A stretch of DNA of 64,000 bases from Candidatus Aldehydirespirator sp. (GTDB lineage Bacteria; Actinomycetota; Acidimicrobiia; Acidimicrobiales; Aldehydirespiratoraceae): the NCBI GenBank assembly GCA_965221605.1, contig CBDCSK010000004.1, positions 209,331-273,330 of the forward strand, in the 5' to 3' direction. This document shows, piece by piece, positions 7,928-16,545 of this stretch (within the stretch, counting starts at the first letter, position 1; the number at the start of each line of letters is the position of its first letter). Under the pieces are notes generated by a model that ran no database searches, was not told the DNA's origin, and saw only the letters and a list, made by a program, of their open reading frames with translations. The position numbers and the translations under genes were made by a program.

Positions 7928-8818
7928 TCAACCGGCGAACAGGTTGGTGGGAAGGCCCAACGCGTCGACGTCGGCCGCGAACAGCGCCCCCGAGTTGAGC
8001 TCGCCCTCGGTGTCGACGCCCGCGAGCGATTCGGCCGCGGTCGTGATGTAGAGGGTGTCGAGGTCGGGGCCGCCGAAGCAGCAGCAGGTGGTCTGGGGCG
8101 CGCCGGGGGTGGCCACCGTCTCGAGTTTCTCGCCGGTAGGGGAGAAGCGCTGCACACCGAATCCACCGAACATCGCCACCCACAGGCACCCGTCGGCGTC
8201 CACGGTCATCCCGTCGGGCCCGCCGGTGCTGCCGTCGAAGGTCACGAACGGCCGCCGCCCCTCGATCTCGCCGGTGCCGGGGTCGTAGTCGAACTGGTCC
8301 ACCCGGAATGTCAGCGTGTCGATGTAGTACATAGTGGACTGGTCCGGGCTCCAGCCGATGCCGTTGGAGATCATCACGTCGGACAGCACTCGCCGGGCCG
8401 TGCCGTCGCCGTCCACCCGGTGCAGCCCGGCGACCGGGGAGCCGGGTTCGGTACTGCTCATAGTGCCCTGGAACAGCCGTCCCTCCGGGTCGACGGCACC
8501 GTCGTTGGCCCGGTTCGACTCGGGCTCGCCGGGCAGCTCGATGACGGACTCGATGGCCCCCACCTTGTCGGTGAGCGTCACCGCGTTGCCGAGGCCCAGG
8601 GCGAGCCCGCCGCCGGCCCGGAGCGCGGCGTTACCCACGGGCTCGGTGTAGCGCCATACCGACACCGGCTGGCCCGAGATGTGGTCGAAGCGGTGCACGG
8701 CCTGTCCGTAGATGTCCACCCACACGAGCAGGTCCTCGATCGGCGACCAGACGCATCCTTCGCCCAGAGCGGCCTCGGCCGCGTGCACGACCTCCGCGTT
8801 GATCATCGCAGCTCCCAT
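7928..8818 (-). CDS. SMP-30/gluconolactonase/LRE-family protein
   Basis: Start trimmed to MGAAMINAE (ATG at 8818), because the longer ORF overlaps the divergent gene. Blocks LGEGCVWSP, NDGAVDPEGRLF, SNGIGWSPD and GGPDGMTVDADGCLWVA. Confidence 0.85.
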   Translation of the reverse strand: MGAAMINAEVVHAAEAALGEGCVWSPIEDLLVWVDIYGQAVHRFDHISGQPVSVWRYTEPVGNAALRAGGGLALGLGNAVTLTDKVGAIESVIELPGEPESNRANDGAVDPEGRLFQGTMSSTEPGSPVAGLHRVDGDGTARRVLSDVMISNGIGWSPDQSTMYYIDTLTFRVDQFDYDPGTGEIEGRRPFVTFDGSTGGPDGMTVDADGCLWVAMFGGFGVQRFSPTGEKLETVATPGAPQTTCCCFGGPDLDTLYITTAAESLAGVDTEGELNSGALFAADVDALGLPTNLFAG

Positions 8819-8944
8819 CTGTCTGCGGCCCGGCCAGCGTACACTTCGGCGCATCAGCCGATGTGAGGTGACCCGACGAGGCGGCCGGGCAGCAAGCGAT
8901 TCGGCCCCCGGGGCGCCGGGCGCCGTGGCGAGGAGCACCAACCG

Positions 8945-10156
8945 ATGAGCGAACCCACCGACAGCGCACACGAGCGGTACACGATCATCTCGTCGGACTG
9001 CCACGCGGGCGGCAACATGGCCGCCTACGAGGAGTACCTAGACCCGGCGTGGCGCGACGAATTCAAGGAGTGGCGAGGCGCCTACCGCAACCCCTACCGG
9101 GACCTCCAGGACGACGGGCGGTCACGCAACTGGGACGACGATAGGCGCCTGTCGGAGCAGTACGCCGACGGGATCGTGGCCGAGATCACCTTCCCGAACA
9201 CCGTCCCGCCCTTCTACCCGACCGGCGCGCTGGTGGCCCGCCCCCCGTCCGACCGGGCCGACTACGAGCGCCGCTTCGCAGGCATCTCGTGCCACAACCG
9301 CTGGCTGCGGGACTGGTGCGCCCGCTACCGCGACCAGCGCTGCGGTCTCCCCCAGATCTTCGCCGAGGACCTCGACGACGCGGTGGCCACCCTGGAGTGG
9401 GCCGCGGCTGAGGGATTCCGCAGCTTCCTGCTGCCCCACATCCCGCCCGACAGCGACCTGCCCGGCTACTGGGACCCCCGCTGGGACCGGCTCTGGGCCG
9501 CGGCCTCGGATCTCGACCTGATCATGACCCAGCACGGCGGCAACGGCGGACCCGACTACGGCAAGGCACCCGCGGCCGGGGTGATCTTCCTGATGGAGGT
9601 GCCGTTCTACTCGCACCGCAACCTGGCCCACCTGATCATGTCGGGCGTGTTCGAGCGCTTCCCGAAGCTGCGCTACGTGATGACCGAGCAGGGCGTGGCC
9701 TGGGTGGTGGAAGAGCTGCGCCGCATGGACGGCTACCACCGCCAGATGCGCCACGGCCGGGTCGGCGAGCTCGGCTTCGCGGCCGACATCGTGCTGCCAC
9801 TCAAGCCCTCGGAGTACTTCGACCGCAACGTGTGGATCGGGGCCAGCTTCCCGTCACCCGGCGAGGCCGAGGCCATCCGAAAGGTAGGAGTGCACAAGGT
9901 GATGTGGGGCAGCGACTACCCCCATCACGAGGGCACCTACCCGTACTCGCTGGCGAGCCTCCAGCGGGCGTTCAGCGACTGGAGCGAGGCCGACATGCGA
10001 GCCGTGCTTGGTGCCAACGCGGCCGAGCTGTACGGCTTCGACCTTGAGTGGCTCGCCCCGTTGGCCGCCCAGCACGGCCCGACCGTCGAGCAGGTGGCCA
10101 CGCCGCTGGCGGAGATCCCGGCCAAGGCCACCAGCCCCGCCTTCTTCAAGCTGTGA
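8945..10156 (+). CDS. Amidohydrolase-family (amidohydrolase_2 / ACMSD-like) metal-dependent hydrolase
   Basis: 403 aa with IISSDCHAG near the N-terminus and WGSDYPHHEG near the C-terminus, typical of the amidohydrolase-2 TIM barrel. Confidence 0.8.
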   Translation: MSEPTDSAHERYTIISSDCHAGGNMAAYEEYLDPAWRDEFKEWRGAYRNPYRDLQDDGRSRNWDDDRRLSEQYADGIVAEITFPNTVPPFYPTGALVARPPSDRADYERRFAGISCHNRWLRDWCARYRDQRCGLPQIFAEDLDDAVATLEWAAAEGFRSFLLPHIPPDSDLPGYWDPRWDRLWAAASDLDLIMTQHGGNGGPDYGKAPAAGVIFLMEVPFYSHRNLAHLIMSGVFERFPKLRYVMTEQGVAWVVEELRRMDGYHRQMRHGRVGELGFAADIVLPLKPSEYFDRNVWIGASFPSPGEAEAIRKVGVHKVMWGSDYPHHEGTYPYSLASLQRAFSDWSEADMRAVLGANAAELYGFDLEWLAPLAAQHGPTVEQVATPLAEIPAKATSPAFFKL

Positions 10157-10241
10157 CCCTGGCCTCTGTGACTCGCGGCCCAACAACCTGCGGGTTTTCC
10201 ACCTATACGGTGGATTTCTGACAGGTGTTCGCTCGAGAGCC

Positions 10242-12605
10242 GTGACGGAGGCCGCTTCCGGGGCCGAGAGCCCCGCTGCTGTGGACCCGACCGCGCCGTA
10301 CGCGGGGTTCGAGGGCACCGTCGGCAGGATCTTCTCCACCTCCGAGCCCCACTGGCCCCAACCCCCGACAGCCCCCGACGGGGCGCCCAACGTGATCGTG
10401 ATGATGGCCGACGACCTCGGCTACTCCGACCTGGGCTGCTACGGATCCGAGATCGACACCCCCGAGCTGGACCGCCTGGCCGCCGCAGGCTTGCGCTACA
10501 CCGACTTCCACGTCAACCCGATGTGCTCGCCCACCCGGGCCTCGCTGCTGACAGGACTCAACCATCACATGGCCGGCATGGCCACCGTGCCTCACGGCGA
10601 TCCCGGCTTCCCCGGCTACGCCTTCGAGCTGCGCGACAACGCGGTGACCATGGCCGAGACCTTCCGGGATTCGGGCTGGGCCACGTTCATGGTGGGCAAG
10701 TGGCACCTCACCAAGGACGCCCACCTCAGCGACGGCGCCCCGAAGGCGAGCTGGCCGCTGCAGCGGGGCTTCGACCGCTACTACGGGATCCTCGACGCGT
10801 TCACCAACTTCCACCATCCCCACCGTCTCTACGCCGACAACCATCACATCAATGTCGACGGCTACCCGGACGGCTACTACTTCACCGATGACCTGACCGA
10901 CCAGGCGCTGCGCATGGTGGACGAGCTGCGGTCGTCGCATCCCACCCGCCCGTTCTTCCTGTACTTCTCCCACGGCGCGGTGCACGCCCCGCTACAGGCC
11001 CCCGCGGCCGACATCGAGCGCTTCCGGGGCCGCTACGAAGCGGGCTGGGATGCGCTGAGAGTCCGGCGCTTCGAGCGCCAACGCACGCTGGGCGTGGTGC
11101 CGCCCGATGCGGTACTGCCACACCGCAACACCGAGGAACTCCACGAGGTCGGCCCCTGGGATGAGCTCGACGACCGCTCCAAGGAGCTGTTTGCCCGCTA
11201 CATGGAGGTGTATGCGGGCATGGTCCACAACGTGGACAGCAACTTCGGACGCCTGCGCCGGCACCTCGAAGCCATCGGAGAGTGGGACAACACCGTCGTG
11301 TTGTTCACCAGCGACAACGGCGGCTCCCGGGAGGGCCAGTACACCGGCACTTCGGCCTACTTCCGCACCCTGCTCACCCAGGTGCGGGACACCGATCTCG
11401 AGCAGGTGGAGGTCGACTACGAGCGCATCGACCTCCTCGGCGGGCCCCGGACGCTGGCCCACTATCCGATGGGATGGGCCATGGTGTCGTGCACGCCGTT
11501 CCGGCTCTACAAGCTCAACACCCACCGCGGCGGCCACAGCGTGCCGCTCATCGTCAACTGGCCGGCCCGGTTCTCCGGTGCGGACGGTGTGCTGGCCGGA
11601 GGCGTCCGCACCCAGTACCAGCACGTCACCGACGTGTTCCCGACCCTGGCCGAGCTGTGCGGGGTGGAGGTTCCCGGAGAGCGTCACGGCGTTCGGTCAC
11701 CCGAGATGGTCGGGGCCAGTTTCGCGGCCACGCTCGACGACGCGTCGGCGCCCTCCTCCCATCCCGAGCAGTACTACGAGCTGCTCGGGCATCGCGGCTA
11801 CTACCGCGACGGCTGGTCGGTGGTCACCTGCCACCGGCCCCGCCGGCCGTTCAGCCAGGACCGCTGGGAGCTGCACAACCTGGTCGAGGACCCCACCGAG
11901 ACCCGCGACCTCGCCGCCGAGCACCCCGAGATGCTGGAGGAGATGAAGCAGGCCTGGGACCGGGCCGCGTGGGCCAACCAGGTGTATCCCCTCGACGAGG
12001 GAAACTCGCTGATGAGGATCCAGCACCCGCCGTGGCATGCCGACTGGACCACCGAGACGACGCTGAGACCGGGAACCCCGACGGTGGAGCGCTGGCGGTC
12101 GCAGCAGCTGATCTTCCAGAAGAGCTTCGACGTCGACGTGGCGCTGCGCTGGCAGCCCGGCGACTCCGGTGTGCTGTTGGCCCACGGCGATCAGGGCGGC
12201 GGCTACATGCTCCATGTGGAGGACGGCCGGCTGTTCTTCACCCACAACGCCTACGGAGACATGACCGTGCTCGACTGCGGCCCGCTGGCGGAGGGTGCGT
12301 CAGGCGTTCAGCTGGCCGTCGAGAACCCCGGGAACCTGGTGTGGAACGCCACCGTCAGCGTCGACGGCGAAACGGTCGCGCAAGCGCCGGGGCTGGTCTC
12401 GCTCATGGCCATGGCCCCCTTCGAGGGCATCGACGTCGGCGTCGACCGCCGCTCACCCGTCAGCTGGGACGTCTACGAACGCCACGGGCCGTACCCGTAC
12501 TCGGGCCGGCTCGAGGTGGTCACGTACCGACCCGGCGAGCTGGCCCCCGACGCGGGCTCCCTGTGGCTCGACTACATCAAAGCCAACGGAACCCGATACG
12601 AATAG
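10242..12605 (+). CDS. Arylsulfatase (Cys-type, formylglycine-dependent)
   Basis: Start set to the in-frame GTG at 10242, after the upstream stop at 10156. Contains MMADDLGYSDLGCYG, the sulfatase signature CSPTRASLLTG, GKWHL and SDNGG. Confidence 0.85.
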   Translation: MTEAASGAESPAAVDPTAPYAGFEGTVGRIFSTSEPHWPQPPTAPDGAPNVIVMMADDLGYSDLGCYGSEIDTPELDRLAAAGLRYTDFHVNPMCSPTRASLLTGLNHHMAGMATVPHGDPGFPGYAFELRDNAVTMAETFRDSGWATFMVGKWHLTKDAHLSDGAPKASWPLQRGFDRYYGILDAFTNFHHPHRLYADNHHINVDGYPDGYYFTDDLTDQALRMVDELRSSHPTRPFFLYFSHGAVHAPLQAPAADIERFRGRYEAGWDALRVRRFERQRTLGVVPPDAVLPHRNTEELHEVGPWDELDDRSKELFARYMEVYAGMVHNVDSNFGRLRRHLEAIGEWDNTVVLFTSDNGGSREGQYTGTSAYFRTLLTQVRDTDLEQVEVDYERIDLLGGPRTLAHYPMGWAMVSCTPFRLYKLNTHRGGHSVPLIVNWPARFSGADGVLAGGVRTQYQHVTDVFPTLAELCGVEVPGERHGVRSPEMVGASFAATLDDASAPSSHPEQYYELLGHRGYYRDGWSVVTCHRPRRPFSQDRWELHNLVEDPTETRDLAAEHPEMLEEMKQAWDRAAWANQVYPLDEGNSLMRIQHPPWHADWTTETTLRPGTPTVERWRSQQLIFQKSFDVDVALRWQPGDSGVLLAHGDQGGGYMLHVEDGRLFFTHNAYGDMTVLDCGPLAEGASGVQLAVENPGNLVWNATVSVDGETVAQAPGLVSLMAMAPFEGIDVGVDRRSPVSWDVYERHGPYPYSGRLEVVTYRPGELAPDAGSLWLDYIKANGTRYE

Positions 12606-12628
12606 TCGCAGGCGACGGGGCAGGAGCG

Positions 12629-13831
12629 ATGCATATCGGGTACACGGCCGAGCAGGAGGGGCTGCGGGACGAGCTGCGGGCCTACTACGACGGGCTGCTC
12701 ACCGACGACGTGCGGGCCGAGCTGGAGGCTGAGCCCGGTGTGGGACCGGCCCATCGCCGGATCGTGCGCCGGATGGGTGCCGACGGCTGGCTGGCGGTGG
12801 GCTGGCCGGAGGAGTACGGCGGCCGGGGGCTGTCGGCGGTGGAGCAGTTCATCGTGTTCGACGAGTCGGTGGCGCTCGGCGCGCCCATCCCGATGCTCAC
12901 CATCAACACCGTCGGCCCCACCATCATGCAGTTCGGCACCGATGAGCAGAAAGACTTCTTCCTGCCCCGCATCGCCGGCGGCGAGCTCACCTTCTGCATC
13001 GGCTACTCCGAGCCCGACGCCGGAACCGACCTGGCCTCGCTCACCACCCGGGCGGTGCGCGACGGCGACACCTACGTGATCAACGGCCAGAAGACCTGGA
13101 CGTCGCTGGCCGCCGACGCCGACTACGTCTGGCTGGCGGCCCGCACCGACCCCGACGTGCCCAAGCACAAGGGCATCTCGCTGTTCTGCATCCCCATGGA
13201 CACGCCCGGCATCAGCACCGAGCCGCTCGACCTGCTGTCGTCTCACGACATCAACCACACCTTCTTCGACGACTGCCGGGTTCCGGCGTCCACCCTCATC
13301 GGCGAGGAGAACCGGGGCTGGGGCCTGATCACCAGCCAGTTGAACCGGGAACGGGTCACCATCTGCTCGTCGGGCATGGTCACCAAGCGCTTCGAGGAGT
13401 GCGTGGAGTGGGCCAAGTCGGCCAAGCGAGCCGACGGGTCCTATGTGATCGACGAGCCGTGGGTGCAGCGCAACCTGGCCGAGGTGGCCGCCCGGCTCGA
13501 GTTCCTGCGGCTGGCCAACTGGAAGGTGGCGTGGACGGTGGCCAACAAGATCGACGGCGCTGAACCCGACATGGAAACCATCGCCGGGTTCGTGGCCGAC
13601 TCCTCGGCGGTGAAGGTGTCGGGCACGGAGTTCTTCGTGGACGCCTACCGCAAGCTGATGCAGGTGTACGGCCAGCGGTCCTACGTGGTGGAGGGCTCGC
13701 CCGGCTACCTGACCCGCCTGGAGATGATGTACCGCTCGACGATCATCCTCACCTTCGGCGGGGGCACCAACGAGATGCAGCGCGACCTGATCTCGCAGTT
13801 CGGCCTCGGCTACCCCCGAGCGTCCCGCTAG
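12629..13831 (+). CDS. Acyl-CoA dehydrogenase
   Basis: Real start is the ATG at 12629 (MHIGYTAEQEGLRDELRAYY), not the 849-aa shadow extension. Blocks GYSEPDAGTDLASL, GQKTWTS and GGTNEMQRDLI. Confidence 0.9.
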   Translation: MHIGYTAEQEGLRDELRAYYDGLLTDDVRAELEAEPGVGPAHRRIVRRMGADGWLAVGWPEEYGGRGLSAVEQFIVFDESVALGAPIPMLTINTVGPTIMQFGTDEQKDFFLPRIAGGELTFCIGYSEPDAGTDLASLTTRAVRDGDTYVINGQKTWTSLAADADYVWLAARTDPDVPKHKGISLFCIPMDTPGISTEPLDLLSSHDINHTFFDDCRVPASTLIGEENRGWGLITSQLNRERVTICSSGMVTKRFEECVEWAKSAKRADGSYVIDEPWVQRNLAEVAARLEFLRLANWKVAWTVANKIDGAEPDMETIAGFVADSSAVKVSGTEFFVDAYRKLMQVYGQRSYVVEGSPGYLTRLEMMYRSTIILTFGGGTNEMQRDLISQFGLGYPRASR

Positions 13832-13854
13832 CAGAGGCCGGGGCGAGGATCGCG

Positions 13855-14973
13855 ATGGACTTCGAGCTGGGCGAGGAGGAGCAGGCCATCCGGGACCTGA
13901 CCGGACAGGTCCTGGCCGACATGTCCTCGCACGAGCGTCTGAAGGCCCTGGCCGCTGACGGCGACCACATGGACCGCAAAGCCTGGGCCGCGCTGGCCGG
14001 CACCGGCGTCGTCGGAGCCGCCGTGCCCGAAGCGCATGGCGGCCTGGGCCTGGGGTTCCTGGCCACCGCGGTAGCCCTGGAGGAGGTCGGTCGCCATGCC
14101 TCGCCCGTGCCGCTGCTGACCACGGCGGTGATGGGAGCTATGCCGGTCGCCGCCTACGGCACCGAGGCCCAGCGGGCGGCGTGGCTGCCCGGCATGGCCG
14201 ACGGCTCGGTGCTGGCCTGCGCCGCCCTGGCCGAGGACGGCACCGCCCCGGCCGAGCCGACCACCTCGGCGCGCGCCGACAACGGAGACTTCGTGCTGGA
14301 CGGCACCAAGGTGCTGGTCGCGGGCGGACTCGACGCCGACGTCGCCCTCGTTCCGGCCCGCCTCGACGACGGCGGGGTCGGGGTGTTCCTGGTTCCTGCC
14401 GGCACCGCAGGCCTCGAGCGTCTCGCGGTAGAGGTGACGACCGGCCGCCCGGAGGCCCGCTTCGAGCTGTCGGGCGTGAGGGTCGGAGCCGACGCCCTGC
14501 TCGGCGGCGGCTCAGCCGACGGCGCCGAGGTCGTGCACTTCATCGAGCGTCACGCCAACGTCGGGCTGTGCATGATGATGTCGGGCGCGGCCCGGGCCGC
14601 CATCGAGATGACCGCCGGCTACGCCAAGCAGCGCCACCAGTTCGACCGGCCCATCGCCACCTTCCAGGCGGTCAGCCAGCGGGCCGCCGACTCCTACATC
14701 GACGCCGAGGCCATCTGGCTGACCGCCTACCAGGCCGCCTGGCGCCTGTCGGCGGGGCTGCCCGCTGACCGTGAGATCGCCATAGCCAAGTACTGGGCCT
14801 CAGAGGGCGGCTACCGGGTGGTCCACGCCGCGGTGCACGTCCACGGCGGGGTGGGCGTCGACCGCGACTACCCGTTGCACCGACACTTCCTGGCCGCCCG
14901 TCACATCGAGCTCACCCTCGGCCACGCCGAGGAGCAACTGGCCGACCTGGGCTGCCAGATCGCCGCCGTCTAG
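13855..14973 (+). CDS. Acyl-CoA dehydrogenase-family protein (second subunit-like paralogue)
   Basis: 372 aa: MDFELGEEEQAIRDL..., QRHQFDRPIATFQAV, HGGVG. Lies 24 bp after the preceding ACAD gene. Confidence 0.85.
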   Translation: MDFELGEEEQAIRDLTGQVLADMSSHERLKALAADGDHMDRKAWAALAGTGVVGAAVPEAHGGLGLGFLATAVALEEVGRHASPVPLLTTAVMGAMPVAAYGTEAQRAAWLPGMADGSVLACAALAEDGTAPAEPTTSARADNGDFVLDGTKVLVAGGLDADVALVPARLDDGGVGVFLVPAGTAGLERLAVEVTTGRPEARFELSGVRVGADALLGGGSADGAEVVHFIERHANVGLCMMMSGAARAAIEMTAGYAKQRHQFDRPIATFQAVSQRAADSYIDAEAIWLTAYQAAWRLSAGLPADREIAIAKYWASEGGYRVVHAAVHVHGGVGVDRDYPLHRHFLAARHIELTLGHAEEQLADLGCQIAAV

Positions 14974-14977
14974 AGCT

Positions 14978-15856
14978 TCACTCCTCCAGCAGCGAGCGGG
15001 CGAGGAGGGCCGCGCCCAACAGGCCGGAGTCGTCTCCGAGGGCGGGAGCGGTAACGGACCCGTCTTGGCCCGAGAGATAGTCGGCGTAGCCGCCCAAGTC
15101 GGCGCGGCTCTCCGTCCGGATCATCTCCGCCAGGCCGGGACGGCCGCCAACACCGCCGCCGAACACGATCCGGTCGGGGGCGAACGAGTAGGCCAGCACC
15201 CGCACCAACTGGGCCAGGTAGGCGGCCTCCATCTGCCAGATGTCGTCGCGGTCGGCGGCTTGGGATGGCTCGACTCCCCAGCGCTCGGCCATGGCCGGTC
15301 CGGAGGCCATCCCTTCCAGGCAGTCGCGGTGGAACGGGCAGTGTCCCGGATAGTCGTCGTCGGAGACGCGGCGCACCGGGATGTGTCCCAGCTCGCTGTG
15401 GCGCCGTCCTCGCCAGGGTGTCCCGTCCATCGCCATGGCCGCGCCGATGCCGGTGCCGACCGTCACATAGGTGAGCCGCCTGGGCCGGGGCTCCGGCCCC
15501 AGGGTCTGCTCCGCTACCGCGGCCGCCTCCACATCGGTCTGGATTGCGGCGGGCACACCGGCGGCATCCGCCAGCCGTCCCAGAATCGGGCTGCTCGACC
15601 AGCCCGGTTTGGGCGTGCCCACCAGCGCTCCGTAGCCGGGCGAGTTGGGATCCAGATCGACCGGGCCGAAGGAGGCGATCCCCAGCGCGGCTACTGGCGG
15701 AGCCCGTTGGAAGAACGCGGCGACGGCCGCCAGGGTCGTGTCGGGGTCGGTCGTCGGCACCCGCACGGAGTCCACGATGGTCATGTCCGCCGACACCACC
15801 GCCCCCCGGAACTTGGTCCCGCCCGCCTCCACCGCCGCCAGCAGGTGGCGCTTCAT
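14978..15856 (-). CDS. ROK-family sugar kinase (fructokinase-like)
   Basis: 292 aa. N-terminal AVEAGGTKF, VTVGTGIGAA, and the Zn motif GHIPV...HCPFHRDCLEG typical of ROK kinases. Confidence 0.85.
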   Translation of the reverse strand: MKRHLLAAVEAGGTKFRGAVVSADMTIVDSVRVPTTDPDTTLAAVAAFFQRAPPVAALGIASFGPVDLDPNSPGYGALVGTPKPGWSSSPILGRLADAAGVPAAIQTDVEAAAVAEQTLGPEPRPRRLTYVTVGTGIGAAMAMDGTPWRGRRHSELGHIPVRRVSDDDYPGHCPFHRDCLEGMASGPAMAERWGVEPSQAADRDDIWQMEAAYLAQLVRVLAYSFAPDRIVFGGGVGGRPGLAEMIRTESRADLGGYADYLSGQDGSVTAPALGDDSGLLGAALLARSLLEE

Positions 15857-15904
15857 CTGGCCGTCGTCGGTCTGTGATCTGTCACGGATCGCGGGTCATG
15901 GCGG

Positions 15905-16242
15905 TCAGTGGTTGAGAAGGGTCTTGACGATCTCGCCGACCTGCCAACTCGTGTCGGGGCCCACCGCACCCAGTCGGTGCAGCAGGCGCTGGGTGTTGAT
16001 CGCACGAAGCAGCTCGCACTGTACGTAACTGTCGTGGCTCAGACCGGTCTGGGTGCTGGCGGGCACCTCAACATGCAATGACAGGCCTCGATGCGTGGTT
16101 GTCAGCGGTGCGACGATTACGAGGGGAAGTCGGTGCCGAGCCATTCGGGTGGCCCCAACACGATCGCGGGTCGGCGGGCAGCCGGTTCGCCCGGGTATGG
16201 CGTGCCGAAGTCGACGAGCCATAGCTCATCAATCGATGCCAT
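15905..16242 (-). pseudogene. mazF: mazF/pemK-family toxin gene interrupted by a 1-nt frameshift
   Basis: ATG at 16242 gives MASIDELWLVDFGTPYPGEPAARRPAIVLGPPEWLGTDFPS*. The rest (LVIVAPLTTTHRGLSLHVEV...VKTLLNH) continues in another frame down to 15905. Adding one G to the run at 16123-16126 restores ...GTDFPLVIVAPLTT.... Confidence 0.8.
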
Positions 16243-16465
16243 CGGCAACGTGAGACGACTCCGCCTCAGCCAAGTAGTCGGCCCAGGCGCCGGGGTCGCT
16301 CCGCAGAGCGGCGTACTCCTCCTGCACCCGCAGGCCGAATCGCATCCGCCTCAGCGCCTCGGCGGCCTGTCGCACGGTCTCTGTAAGGCTGTCGCCCGAC
16401 TCGTTGCTCATGTCGAGCAGCCGCGCATGAGTGTCGCGGTCAACCCGGATGGTCGTCGTCTCCAC
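16229..16465 (-). CDS. Ribbon-helix-helix antitoxin (MazE-like partner of the frameshifted mazF)
   Basis: 78 aa. The N-terminus METTTIRVDRDTHARLLDMS is RHH-like. Its 3' end overlaps the mazF start (16242) by 14 nt. Confidence 0.7.
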   Translation of the reverse strand: METTTIRVDRDTHARLLDMSNESGDSLTETVRQAAEALRRMRFGLRVQEEYAALRSDPGAWADYLAEAESSHVADGID

Positions 16466-16545
16466 GAGGCGCAGGCTACATCTCTGTCTACAGATTGTCT
16501 ACACATTCAACATGGCTGCGACGCGGCTCCTCAAGTCGGGACCGA

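Noticed and set aside
10008-13831. 5'-extended versions of the sulfatase ORF (from 10008) and the ACAD ORF (from 11282, 849 aa)
   Set aside because: The extensions overlap upstream genes in other frames and translate to Arg/Pro-rich sequence. Internal starts at 10242 (GTG) and 12629 (ATG, with an RBS) give proteins of canonical length.
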